In this document: positions 26,367 to 37,100 of the stretch, piece after piece | How the letters are laid out: every line of letters starts with the position of its first letter | How positions within the stretch are numbered: the stretch's first letter is position 1 | IMG/VR virus record: IMGVR_UViG_3300008259_000017 | Coordinates: 1-64,000 of that record | Direction: 5' to 3' (one strand) | Length of the DNA stretch: 64,000 nucleotides | Source of the DNA: a virus | Position numbers and translations under genes: made by a program | The notes under the pieces: model-generated | The model's database searches: none | Told to the model about the DNA's origin: nothing | The model's input: only the letters and a program-made list of their open reading frames with translations

Positions 26367-29300
26367 ATGGCTAATATTCCAGGTATTTCAGGATACATTC
26401 AACCTGGCGCATTCGCAAGGGATAGAGTAATTTCTAAGGCAGCTAGTATTCCTGGCGGCCTAAGAGTTGCTGCTATCATGGGCGAAGGAATGAGAGAAGA
26501 GGTTATAGTAGAATCCGCTGTAGGTGGCGGAGAAGACGGAGTTGCATCATGCTCTCCAAGTGGAAGCGGAGAAAGTAGATACTTTAAGTTATCAAGATTT
26601 CCAGTAGTCTCTGGTAGAACAGAGCTGTATCTAAATGGTACAAAGCTATTTGGAAAGGAAGAAGTTGTTGATGAATCAGTTTTATCATCTGAATATGATT
26701 ACAGACTGGACATAGAAACAGGCTGTATTGAACTTCAGAAGGCAACAATAAAAGATCAAAATGGAAAAGTATATTCAGCAAGCGGAACAAATGTTGGAAA
26801 CGGAATAATTCCAGATTCACAGTCAGATGCATGTCAGACTGTAGATATAGTTGATTCATCAGCACCAACAGAAAGGTGGACTCTAAAGTGTGTCTCAGTT
26901 GTAAGAGACTCATCTGGATCACCAATTCCAGGAAGAGCTACTTTTTCAGTAACCGGTTCTTCATCAGGACAGGTATATGACGATGCAGGAAGTCCAATAT
27001 TTTTCCATAGCACTTACTTTACATCATCAAGTGGAGCAGTATCTGGAAATGCAGATCCATCAGTAGACGGCTATGTTGTAGCATCTTCAGATGGATATGG
27101 ACTAGCATCTCCAATAGCAGATGGTGGAGCAACACCAACAACTACAAATACAGTAACAATTCCAGCCGATTTAGTATCAGATGGTCAGGCCCTTGTAGGC
27201 GATTATCTAGTTCTAGATGATGGTACATATGGACAAATTTCATCAATATCATATGACTCTGGATCATCAGAAACCACGATAGTTGTATCAACAGACTCTC
27301 TAGGCAGCGTTGGCGATACAGTAGACTGGAAGATTAGAGCTGTAAACGCATTTGTAGATCAAACAATGGGCGGAAGCTTTACAGGTCTAGACCTAGGAAA
27401 GATCTTAGTTGTATGTCCAGCGGGAAATTTTGCAGGTGGTAAATTTTTAATTACAAAGGTAACTTCCAATACAACAGTGAGAGTAGAAAAGTATGGAGAG
27501 CCTGGAGTAGTTTATCCTTCGCAGGAAGCTACCGACACTGCTGTAGGTTTGGCTTACGAAGACTTAACTTTCTACATGGTAGAGACAAACGGTATAATTC
27601 AGGCAGGAATACAAGAGGGTGCTATTTCTTTCGAAGTTGGTGATAGACTATTTATTGATGTTTCATCTAGAGCAATGGGCCCAGGCGATAGACTAGTTGC
27701 AAACTATATATATGAAGCAGATTTGAATGATCCAGAGTTATTTACAGATGCAGAATCATTATTTGCAAAGCATGGTTTTCCATCAGTAGAAAACACTTTA
27801 TCATTGGGAGCACAGATTGCATTTGAAAATGGTGCACCAGCAATTCTAGCTGTTCAGTGCAAGCCTTCAATTCCAAGAAGAACTTCTGCAACTCTATTAT
27901 CACAGATAAGCGCAGCCGGCGTTGGAGGCTTTACAGGCTGTCTATCATCAGGTGGTGTAGCAGATGATTCGCTATGTGGATTGGAAGACTTAAGATTTAT
28001 TATTCCAACTCCTACAACTGGTCTTCTAAAAGGAAGACCAGCACAGGATACAAGAGTAAATATATTTATAAAGAGAAGCGGAGTAGAGACTCAAATATTC
28101 CCAAATAAGGTCGATTTCTATAATAGTCAACTAGAGACTGATGCTCAGCAGCTAGCGTTTATTTCAGGTGATGAGAATCCATACTCATACACAATAGTAA
28201 ATAGTGATACAAATACTTTATTTACTGGAGAGGACGGAGTTCTCACAACTGGAATAGCCGGAACAACATTCTCAAGCTTGTTTATCAATCTTGATAGAGA
28301 TCATGTTGGATCAACAATAGTAATCGAATCTATGGAAGATGCATTAACTGGAACTGTTTACACTAGCGTAGCTGATATTTCAGAGCAGCTATACGGTGTA
28401 GGCTTAGGAGTAACCGAAACAGCAGAGGTTGTAATAGATAGTATAACATCTGATACAAAAGCAGTTGTAATTGGTGCAGAATCAAATACACTAACTGTTT
28501 CTGATAAGTTTGTAAATATTCAATTCTTTATAAAAGGAGAGAATACATCAAATGTTAGTGCATCATTACTACTTCACAAAGATCTAGTAAAGAGCGGAAC
28601 CTTAAAGAAGGGAGACGGAATTAGGATCACCTATATTGATGAGAATGATTCAAACTTCTATGATACAAATTGGTTTACAGCATTTGAGAAGCTAGAGGCT
28701 GTAGATGCTCAAATTATAGTTCCACTTCCTTCAAGCACAATTTCTGCTATATTCCAGTCAGCAGTAACACACTGCGAGACAATGTCATCTATTGCAAACA
28801 GAAAAGAAAGAGTTGCAATTATAGGCGCTCAATCAGGCCTGTCAACTGATGCAATCTTAGGTCTAAAAGATGTTGCAGTAGAAGATATTGGAATTATAGA
28901 AGGAATTCAGGGAGATGATCCTCTAGAGCTTCTTTCTGGAGATGTAGAGGACTTGGCAGATTACAAACTAAGTAACTCATATGATAGCAGCAGAGCAGTA
29001 TATCTATATCCAGATTCAATCGTAAGAAATGTATCAGGTACAAATGTACAGTTGCACGGATTCTATATGGCAACAGCAGTAGCCGGATTACTATCAGCAA
29101 ACCAGAATGTTTCAATTCCAATAACAAACAAGAGCCTAACCGGATTCTCTCTAACAAGAGATAAAGTATATAGGCCAGTAATACTAGACAAGCTAGGTGG
29201 AGAAGGAGCAACAGTCGTTCAGCCAATTCCAGGTGGCGGAAGAATTCTAGCAGGAAGAACCACAAGTCAGTCAGGTATTGTAGAGGAAGAGGAGATCTCA

Positions 29301-29576
29301 ATAGTCTTTATTAGAGATAGAGTAAAGCAGGTACTAAGAAATTCACTAAAATCATTTATTGGTGGAGTTCAGGGTCCAGATACTCTAAGTCTAATGTCAG
29401 CAAAAGTAAAGACAATTATGACAGGTCTTTCATCACAGGGTCTAATAACATCATTTTCTAATATCAGAGTTGCAAGAGATAAGGTCGATCCAAGACAGCT
29501 AAATGTATTCTTACAGTTCGTACCAGCATACCCAATCAACTTCGTATTTATTGACATTGAAATCGGAATAGCATAA
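26367..29576 (+). CDS. Contractile tail sheath protein (enlarged)
   Basis: N-terminal GYIQPGAF; HCETMS...KERVAIIG, AVAGL, GRTT...EEISIVFIRD, C-terminal DPRQLNVFLQFVPAYPINFVFI; GGAGG spacing favours ATG 26367 over TTG 26364. Confidence 0.93.
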   Translation: MANIPGISGYIQPGAFARDRVISKAASIPGGLRVAAIMGEGMREEVIVESAVGGGEDGVASCSPSGSGESRYFKLSRFPVVSGRTELYLNGTKLFGKEEVVDESVLSSEYDYRLDIETGCIELQKATIKDQNGKVYSASGTNVGNGIIPDSQSDACQTVDIVDSSAPTERWTLKCVSVVRDSSGSPIPGRATFSVTGSSSGQVYDDAGSPIFFHSTYFTSSSGAVSGNADPSVDGYVVASSDGYGLASPIADGGATPTTTNTVTIPADLVSDGQALVGDYLVLDDGTYGQISSISYDSGSSETTIVVSTDSLGSVGDTVDWKIRAVNAFVDQTMGGSFTGLDLGKILVVCPAGNFAGGKFLITKVTSNTTVRVEKYGEPGVVYPSQEATDTAVGLAYEDLTFYMVETNGIIQAGIQEGAISFEVGDRLFIDVSSRAMGPGDRLVANYIYEADLNDPELFTDAESLFAKHGFPSVENTLSLGAQIAFENGAPAILAVQCKPSIPRRTSATLLSQISAAGVGGFTGCLSSGGVADDSLCGLEDLRFIIPTPTTGLLKGRPAQDTRVNIFIKRSGVETQIFPNKVDFYNSQLETDAQQLAFISGDENPYSYTIVNSDTNTLFTGEDGVLTTGIAGTTFSSLFINLDRDHVGSTIVIESMEDALTGTVYTSVADISEQLYGVGLGVTETAEVVIDSITSDTKAVVIGAESNTLTVSDKFVNIQFFIKGENTSNVSASLLLHKDLVKSGTLKKGDGIRITYIDENDSNFYDTNWFTAFEKLEAVDAQIIVPLPSSTISAIFQSAVTHCETMSSIANRKERVAIIGAQSGLSTDAILGLKDVAVEDIGIIEGIQGDDPLELLSGDVEDLADYKLSNSYDSSRAVYLYPDSIVRNVSGTNVQLHGFYMATAVAGLLSANQNVSIPITNKSLTGFSLTRDKVYRPVILDKLGGEGATVVQPIPGGGRILAGRTTSQSGIVEEEEISIVFIRDRVKQVLRNSLKSFIGGVQGPDTLSLMSAKVKTIMTGLSSQGLITSFSNIRVARDKVDPRQLNVFLQFVPAYPINFVFIDIEIGIA

Positions 29577-29586
29577 GGAGTAAAAA

Positions 29587-30225
29587 ATGGCATCTTATCC
29601 ATATACAGGAACTTTGTTTGACTCAGAAGCAGTCACTGGTGCAAAAACAAGAACTGGTTTAAGTACTCAGGTTGTTGTTTATGTAAATAATCAGCCAGTA
29701 GGCGCAATTCAAAACTTTCAGGAAAGTCAGGGAAGACCTACACAGAGAATAAAGGAAGTAGGAACAGATGGGACAATAGAAATTGTACCTACCGGTGTTG
29801 CAACAGTAGACCTCACAGTAAATCGAATCTACTTCGATGGTCTGTCACTTCCAGAGTCTATGGCAAGAGGATTCAGAAATATCCATGCTCAAAGAATTCC
29901 TTTTGATATAGTTGTAATTGATAGATTTACTGGAACAGAAGATGAGGGTGGAGCAATAGTAACAACCTATCATAACTGCTGGTTTAAATCACTCGGAAAA
30001 TCATATTCTGCAGATAACTATTTGATAACAGAAAATTGTAATATAGAAGTAGAGTCTATAAGCACTGAAAGAAATGGAGCACCAGTTGCTTCAAGTCAAG
30101 GAGTTGGAGGCGGAAGAGACTTAGGATCTGAAGGTAGACAGATTGATGCAGTTGAGCAGGCTGCTGATTATGGAACCTACAGAGGAAGCTTGGACTTCCC
30201 AGGCCTAATAAAAGCAGCATTCTAA
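29587..30225 (+). CDS. Tail tube protein
   Basis: Follows the sheath; VYVNNQPVGAIQ...EVGTDGTIEIVP...PFDIVVID...TTYHNCWF...YSADNYLITE. Confidence 0.88.
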   Translation: MASYPYTGTLFDSEAVTGAKTRTGLSTQVVVYVNNQPVGAIQNFQESQGRPTQRIKEVGTDGTIEIVPTGVATVDLTVNRIYFDGLSLPESMARGFRNIHAQRIPFDIVVIDRFTGTEDEGGAIVTTYHNCWFKSLGKSYSADNYLITENCNIEVESISTERNGAPVASSQGVGGGRDLGSEGRQIDAVEQAADYGTYRGSLDFPGLIKAAF

Positions 30226-30242
30226 GTAAATAAAATATTTAC

Positions 30243-30270
30243 AAAAAACCCCTCTAAATGAGGGGTTTTT
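30243..30270 (+). terminator. Rho-independent terminator after the sheath-tube operon
   Basis: AAAAACCCCTC-TAAAT-GAGGGGTTTTT. Confidence 0.9.
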
Positions 30271-30273
30271 ATT

Positions 30274-30282
30274 TGGTATAAT
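30274..30282 (+). promoter_or_regulatory. Extended -10 promoter (TGnTATAAT) for the tail chaperone gene
   Basis: TGGTATAAT right after the terminator, 18 nt before ATG 30301. Confidence 0.55.
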
Positions 30283-30300
30283 CTAGCAAAGGGTATTGAT

Positions 30301-30738
30301 ATGTCAAAAGTAGAAGCAACAATGGTAAAACCTCAGCCAAAAGAGGCAGTGATAAAAAAACAAGAATTTAAGTCTCTAAAAGATCTAATTTTTTTAGGCA
30401 GAATTGAAAAGAAGATTAATATTTCAGGCTATGAAATAGGGTTAAGAAGTTTAACTATTCAAGACAATAAATATATTATAGAGAAAATATTATTATCAGA
30501 TAATGCATCTAAATTTGTTGATGCAAAAATACTATCAATTGTAACCCACATAAATACAATAAATGAGGTTCCAGTAGAAAACTTGTGTGAAGATGATTCC
30601 ATTGTAAATATAATGGATAGAAAGCTAAATGTTGTATCAAATTTTCAGCTTTCTCTTGTTGAGAAGCTATATGAGATTTGTAATAAAATTGATGAAGAGT
30701 CTGGAAGAGAAGTTGAAATAGAAGAAATAAAAAAATAA
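30301..30738 (+). CDS. Tail assembly chaperone (lambda gpG analogue)
   Basis: Between tube and tape measure genes; IGLRSLT...VEKLY; ends in a slippery A run. Confidence 0.8.
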   Translation: MSKVEATMVKPQPKEAVIKKQEFKSLKDLIFLGRIEKKINISGYEIGLRSLTIQDNKYIIEKILLSDNASKFVDAKILSIVTHINTINEVPVENLCEDDSIVNIMDRKLNVVSNFQLSLVEKLYEICNKIDEESGREVEIEEIKK

Positions 30739-30774
30739 CAGAGGGTCCGGAATCAGATATTATCTGGACCCTCT
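30729..30774 (+). other. -1 programmed ribosomal frameshift signal (A AAA AAA plus downstream hairpin)
   Basis: Heptamer 30729-30735; stem AGAGGGTCCGGA/TCTGGACCCTCT at 30740-30774; the -1 frame is open into the next ORF. Confidence 0.85.
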
Positions 30775-31163
30775 CAAAGATGTGGAACTGTCCAATAGAT
30801 GACGATAAGCTGAAGAATATTAACAAAAATCAACTTATATGGTATTCTATTATGATTAATAATGATAAAAAAGAAAAAGCAGAATCCATGTTTGCAGTTG
30901 CAGAATATTTGGCATCATTTATAAACCCAAGCGCAGTCTCAAAAATAAAAGAAGCAAGAAAGGAAGCTGAGAGTAAAAACTTTGCATCTGATAATGAATT
31001 TAAGTCTATGCTTGATAATAAGGAATTCTTAAAAGACCTAGCAAACAGAGCTCCAAAAGAAGAACAAAAAAATAATCTTATTAATAAAAGAAAGTCTATT
31101 AGAGAAACAAAATTGCCAAAAAATCTTGGCAATATAATGAAGATTAATAGAGATAATTTTTAA
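30735..31163 (+). CDS. Frameshift extension of the tail chaperone (gpT analogue; fusion ~287 aa)
   Basis: -1 frame reads ITEGPESDIIWTLSK then MWNCPIDD...; ATG 30780 has no RBS. Confidence 0.8.
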   Translation: MTEGPESDIIWTLSKMWNCPIDDDKLKNINKNQLIWYSIMINNDKKEKAESMFAVAEYLASFINPSAVSKIKEARKEAESKNFASDNEFKSMLDNKEFLKDLANRAPKEEQKNNLINKRKSIRETKLPKNLGNIMKINRDNF

Positions 31164-31181
31164 TATTTACTGGAGAGGTAC

Positions 31182-33008
31182 ATGTCAGTAGACAGCGGAA
31201 TAAGCCAACTTGGAGACACAGCTAAACAGACTGGAGAGAATATCAATGAGCTTACAAAGTATATTGATAGTTTTTCTAATGTAAATAATGCTTTATATAG
31301 ATCTCTTGGAAGTAGCACTACAGCCATGAAGTCTTTTAGCGAAACTGTAACAGGCCTTACAAACATTGCAACCGGTCCATTGAAGATTTTTGGAAGTTTA
31401 GCTGGTAAGGTTGGTGAAGATGGAATCGCTGCAGCGCTTGGCTCGACAACAAGGCTTTTAGAAGATTTCTCAAAACTTATTGGTGAAGATGTTGTTAAGT
31501 CTGGCGCAGCAGCGCTAGGAATACTTGATAGTCAATCAGAAGGGTTTAGGAAATTAGACAAAGAATACCTGGCTTATACAAAATCATTTGGTATGGGTCT
31601 TGATAGAGCTAAAGAGCTTTCATCCTCACTTTCTTCAGAGAGAATAAGTGAATTTGGAAAAGCATTTAATATGACTGCAGAAGAAGTATCTGCATTTAAT
31701 GCTTCGCTATTAAGGACTAATATAGGTTTGGAAACTTCTTTTTCAAATATTGAAGTTGGCGGAACGAGCATGAAGTTTTACTCAGCTGCAATGGCGGCTG
31801 CACAAGCTTCTGGTTTGGATGCCACAGCGGCAATAAGAAACTTAAATGACATGATATCTAAGCAAGGAATGTCCTCAAAAGCAGCGCTTGAGGCTCTTGC
31901 CGGATATTCAGAAATTTCAAAAGAAACTGGATTAAATACTGATAGCGTTTCAAACGCATTATTACAGTCAATTTCTGGCTTTCAAAAGATGGGAACAACC
32001 ATTGACTTTGGAAAGCCTATATTGAAAGGTTTTGCAGAGTCCTTTAAGGAAGTAGGCCTTGGTATTGAGGGTGCATCTGATGCAGCTCAATCATTTACTC
32101 AAAGTTTAGCAAGAATGTCTACTGACTATGCAATGTCATATATCTTAAATCAAAAAGGTGGAATGGGTGGACAGCCAGGTGGTACGATACTAAGCTCGTC
32201 AATAGAAACTAGAGCTAAGATGCTTGAAGCTGGTGACGATACCGGCAAGCAAGCAGATATTGCAGTTGATATGGCAAAAAGTCTAAAAGAATCCATAGAA
32301 TCATTTACTGGATCTGGCTTAATTACATTAAAAGAAGCAGCAAAAGATCAATCACTTCAGCAAACATTTTATCTCCAAGAGCAAATGATCTCTAAGTTTA
32401 CCGGAACAAGTGATGTTGCTTCTTTGGATAGAATAATGGAAATGCTTCCAAAGATTGCAAGAATGGAAAAGTCTGGAGACCAAGAGGGTGCTCAACAGCT
32501 TTCAAAGTCATTGCAGGATATAATATCTCAAAGAGATTACACAATGGGTGAGGGCGAGAAGTTTGGAGTTGGGTTGCAAAATCAAGTAGCAGAACAGATG
32601 AATAGAACAAGAGAGGTTGCAGAATCTGCCACAAATCTTGCAAAAGAAGTAACGAATCTGATCTCTATAAAGGAAGATACCTTTGAATTATTAGCAAAAG
32701 GTTATTTAGCACTCAATGATGAGGCATACAAACCTCTGACTGAAAAGATCAGAAACGGTGATCTTGATAAGTCACAATTTTTTGAGGCCTTTAAGGAGTT
32801 TTTTAATGATGCTAATGCCGCTAAAGAAGCGGTAAAAGATGAAGTTAATGAAATATCAACCTCATTTGACGGCTTTTTAGATAAATTTTCACAAATGTTA
32901 GAAAGTAAATTTCCAGGAGGAAAACTAATTGTTGATCTAAGTCAGGAAGCAAAGGAGCTTCTATCTGTTGGATCTTCGAGTACCAGACCTATTTCTGGAC
33001 CAAAATAA
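31182..33008 (+). CDS. Tape measure protein (short, 608 aa)
   Basis: Follows the G/GT pair; Ala/Ser/Gly-rich helical sequence; GGAGAGG RBS. Confidence 0.75.
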   Translation: MSVDSGISQLGDTAKQTGENINELTKYIDSFSNVNNALYRSLGSSTTAMKSFSETVTGLTNIATGPLKIFGSLAGKVGEDGIAAALGSTTRLLEDFSKLIGEDVVKSGAAALGILDSQSEGFRKLDKEYLAYTKSFGMGLDRAKELSSSLSSERISEFGKAFNMTAEEVSAFNASLLRTNIGLETSFSNIEVGGTSMKFYSAAMAAAQASGLDATAAIRNLNDMISKQGMSSKAALEALAGYSEISKETGLNTDSVSNALLQSISGFQKMGTTIDFGKPILKGFAESFKEVGLGIEGASDAAQSFTQSLARMSTDYAMSYILNQKGGMGGQPGGTILSSSIETRAKMLEAGDDTGKQADIAVDMAKSLKESIESFTGSGLITLKEAAKDQSLQQTFYLQEQMISKFTGTSDVASLDRIMEMLPKIARMEKSGDQEGAQQLSKSLQDIISQRDYTMGEGEKFGVGLQNQVAEQMNRTREVAESATNLAKEVTNLISIKEDTFELLAKGYLALNDEAYKPLTEKIRNGDLDKSQFFEAFKEFFNDANAAKEAVKDEVNEISTSFDGFLDKFSQMLESKFPGGKLIVDLSQEAKELLSVGSSSTRPISGPK

Positions 33009-33014
33009 TAATAA

Positions 33015-33022
33015 TGCTAATA
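33015..33022 (+). promoter_or_regulatory. Putative late promoter motif TGCTAATA
   Basis: In a 28-bp gap, 14 nt before ATG 33037, which lacks an SD. Confidence 0.5.
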
Positions 33023-33036
33023 TTATAAACTAATAT

Positions 33037-34095
33037 ATGTCACTAAAAAGAAAAACAATTATATTTTACCTTCCATTATCAATGGAATCTTTAACAAAGG
33101 ACTTGGTAGCTACAAGTTCTATCCCAAGCATATCTGGAGGGGTATCTGAAAAGCCTTTGGCAAATTCAAAAGATACAACAAATGGTATATATTGGGATAA
33201 AAAAAGAATGTATGTAAATCCGGATTCATTTAATATATCTAATACAAAGATAATAAAAGAGTCTCAAACAAAAGGCGGATTTATGATTCAATACTGGGGA
33301 GAGCAACTAACTAACGTTGAGTTAAGGGGAACAACTGGATCAGCAGGTATAGAGGGAATAAATATATTAAAAGATATCTATAGACATGAGCAGCTACAGA
33401 TTGCAAAGGTAATAGAAGAAAGGGATAGAAGACTGGCACAAGAAGCTATAGATCAATCAATTAACTCTTATAAAAATTTAAATAATAAAGGGCTAGGAGT
33501 AGCTGCACTTGAAATTGCTGATGCTATACTTACAGATGGGGCTATAACAAATCTAGTAGGAGGCTTGAAGTCAACTGTTGAGTCAATATCAAACATATTT
33601 GACTCGGGAAATGCTGATTACACACCTTCTATGACTCCAGCAGTGCCAACTCTTGCAGCATTTGCAACAAATATACAGATGTATCATGACGGTGTTTTTT
33701 ATAGAGGATATTTTTCAGCTTTTTCATATAATGAAATATCTGAAAAGCCAGGTATTTTTGATTACAACCTTTCTTTTAAATGCACAAGAACTTATGGGGA
33801 AAGAAAGAATTTTATGCCATGGCATAGAGATCCATTGGATTATTCTGGAAATACAGTTCCCGCAGATAGCTCTGGAGTTTCAAAAGGAACATACCCATCG
33901 GTAAATAGATTATCAATACCATTGACACCAGTTGAGAGTAATGAGGCCTTTGTGCAGAAGGATTATAACAATATTTACAAAGATGAGAATAGTAATAAGT
34001 TTATTGGAGAGTCTGACCAGAAGTCTGCCTTCTCTAGCTCTGGAAACGATGGAGCAAATAAAACATCCTTTAGAAGAAAATTAATAACAGGATAA
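33037..34095 (+). CDS. Baseplate tube-initiator-like protein (gp48/gp54 type)
   Basis: MYVNPDSFNI...QTKGGFMIQYWGE...LRGTTG and YRGYF..FSYNE..PGIFDYNLSF tube-fold motifs; follows the tape measure gene. Confidence 0.7.
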   Translation: MSLKRKTIIFYLPLSMESLTKDLVATSSIPSISGGVSEKPLANSKDTTNGIYWDKKRMYVNPDSFNISNTKIIKESQTKGGFMIQYWGEQLTNVELRGTTGSAGIEGINILKDIYRHEQLQIAKVIEERDRRLAQEAIDQSINSYKNLNNKGLGVAALEIADAILTDGAITNLVGGLKSTVESISNIFDSGNADYTPSMTPAVPTLAAFATNIQMYHDGVFYRGYFSAFSYNEISEKPGIFDYNLSFKCTRTYGERKNFMPWHRDPLDYSGNTVPADSSGVSKGTYPSVNRLSIPLTPVESNEAFVQKDYNNIYKDENSNKFIGESDQKSAFSSSGNDGANKTSFRRKLITG

Positions 34096-34108
34096 GTATA
34101 ATTTTTAA

Positions 34109-37100
34109 ATGAATAATCAATTACTTTTAAAGATATCAAAAACATTACAAAAAACAAGGAAAGATATATCTGGTGGTACAAAATTTGTAATGCCAGAGGA
34201 GAAATATATTGAAACAGGGTTTCAAACATATTTGGATGAAGGTCTTTTAAACACAACTTCTCCAAATACAAGAAAGGTTACTTCTTTATCACCAGAGGCT
34301 ACAATTCTTGTAAAGAAAAAAGCATTCTCATCACTTGTATCTAACAATGATATTAGATTTTTTGACAAAACAGAAAGAATGCTTATGAGGGCTTCAAAGG
34401 CTTTATTTGCCTATAAAGTTCAGCAAATAAGAGCTTATGAAAGTTTAACAAAATTTGAAACATATTATACAAAGACTGGAACTTATAGTATGAACTTGCT
34501 GGCTTCAATGTTAAGGCAAAGTTCATTCTTAGCAAAAGATGTAGAATCTTTTCAAACGCTATTTCAGAAAAAATTAAAATTTAATACTGCAGAAGATTAT
34601 GCAAATGAAATGCTAAAAGAATGGCTTTTAAAGCCATCCGATTTAAGTGTTGATGAGTCAATATCTGTAATTGCATCAGACATAAAAGTAAAAAATGGAA
34701 TATTAAAAAAGGAAGTAATAACTCCAACAACAAATCAGCAGTATTTAAATCAATTACCATCAACTCAAGCTAAGTATATTTTAGATAAAAAATGGGAAGA
34801 ATTTAGAGCACAATTTTCTTCTGAAATAACAAAAGATGTCATAAGCATAGATAATTATATAGAGTCCTTATCTACAAATGAAAAATGGAAAGAGGGCATT
34901 AAAAATGAATATGCAAACATGCAGCTTATAGATATTATAGAGGTAATCAAGCGTGCTGCTTATTCAAATGATTCGAACCTAACAACATGGATTGTTGATG
35001 CTGATAGTTTGGATAACTATCTAACTGGACCAGGAACAGGGGTGATAGAAATCTGTTCTTTTACAAATTTTAGCACATCATGCACAAAAGACCCATCTCC
35101 AGCATCCGCAAGTTTTAGTTTAGAGTATCCATACGGTATATCTTTTATATCAGAAGATGACATAGAAATCGCAATAGAAGAGGCCTTAAAGGGAACCCTT
35201 GGTATATTCGCAGATCTAGTAACGAATGGTTTTAAAAGCTCTACAAACGGTATTACCAAACCAGGAGTTGATGGCCTTTCATTTTTGGGAGCATCGGCAC
35301 TCTTGAATGGCTATGATTTAATAGATAGCACTGTAGACTCGAACTATATAAGAAAAAGTTTAAGGACTTTTTATCTTGGAAAGCCAATAGTAAACGCTTC
35401 AGATGTTTGTCATTTTTATATAAGAGGAAATAGATTCAAGCAAAGCTTTGGATCAAGTAGCAATAACTTATCAACAGATCAATCTGAATATTCAATAAGT
35501 GATTCTGTATTTAAAGCAGAATATGAATTATATACAACAAAGTCTTTATCATATGATGACTATAAGAGACTAAGGCAGGAGCAGGATAATTCACTTGGAA
35601 TGATACATGTTTATGCTGGTTATGTAACCGGGGTAACAGAGACTTATGGTGGGGGATTTAGAACTATATCAGTATCATGTTCTGACAATATGGGATGGTT
35701 ATCATGGAGTAATGTACCTAAACAGCCAGCAATAGCAGATGTAACAAATATATTGGAAGATCCATTGACGCCATACAAATTAGTTACAGATGATATGTAT
35801 TCCTTAGATTATGAAAAAATAACATTGCTGGATGAAAATAAGCAGCTATTATCGGAAGGATTTTTATCTTATTCAAATGGGTTATTGGCTGGAAAAAATT
35901 CAACAATAGATAATCTATATCAAGGGCAGTATAGAGGTATTGGATCTTTAGATGGATCAAAAATTATGCAACATGCAGATGGATTTGTTTATAGATGGAA
36001 AACTGGAATAATGACTGCAACCGCTGGTTTTCAAACAACCGGATCTAGAAGTACAAAAGAGTTGCAGCAGTTTACTCAGTATTATTCTATATCTTCTGTT
36101 AAAAATCCAGTTAATAATCTTGATATTGCAAATATTATATCCGTTTTAATTACTGGAGAGCCATATAATATACTTTCATTCTTAGAGAAAACTGGATCAA
36201 CTGGAGTTAAGTCAGATAGATTTTCAACAACTTTAAATTCACAAGATCCTCTTACTGGATATTTAGAATCTATAAAGAAGCAAAATAAAATATATGGAAA
36301 CTTTAAGCCATATAGATTGTTTACTCAGAATTCTTATACATTAAATATTTTAAGACTGCAGGGCAAAAAACAAGAACTAAATAATGATGTTAAAAAGTTA
36401 TTAGATAGAAAAAATAAATTAAATGATCAGATTATAAAATTAAAGAATACTATAAAGTCAAGTAATAGTCCAATCATATTAACTATACAATCTGAAATAA
36501 AATCAATAGATATAGCTATTGATAGTAAGATTGGTGAAGCAACAGAGGCTGCAAATACTCTAAACTCAGCACAGCTAACTTCTCAAGGGCTTATGGTGTC
36601 TGCTTTGTTTGGCAATGGAGATGCTATACCTTTTTATCTAGGCAGTACAAAGGAAGAGCATGAGGAGACTGTAAGGGCTATATCAAAAGTTGGAGCCACA
36701 AGAAGAATAGAGGATGTGAGGTTAAATAGAGATAATAATCTTTTAATTATCTCTGATCAATACGATACATCTGATATAAGACCATTTATTTTAGGATTAA
36801 ATAGTTCACAGTTTAAAAAATTCGACGGCGAATATGAATCATTAGACCAGCTATGTAGAGAGGCTGCTCAGTATATTCATATGGAATTTTTTTGTAATTC
36901 ACAGGGACATATTGAATTAAGGCCTCCGCAGTGGAATAAGACGCCGCTTTCTCTTTTGAGAAATCTAGTTAGATATAAGAAGTTAACTGGAAAAAATATA
37001 ATTCCTGATTTTATAATAAAAAACTTTGAAACTAGAGAAAAGTCAATATATGAAAATATATATTACTATAACATTAGAATAGTTTTAATTTCCTTATTAC

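Noticed and set aside
30780-31163. Independent 127-aa gene starting at 30780
   Set aside because: No RBS; better explained as the -1 frameshift extension
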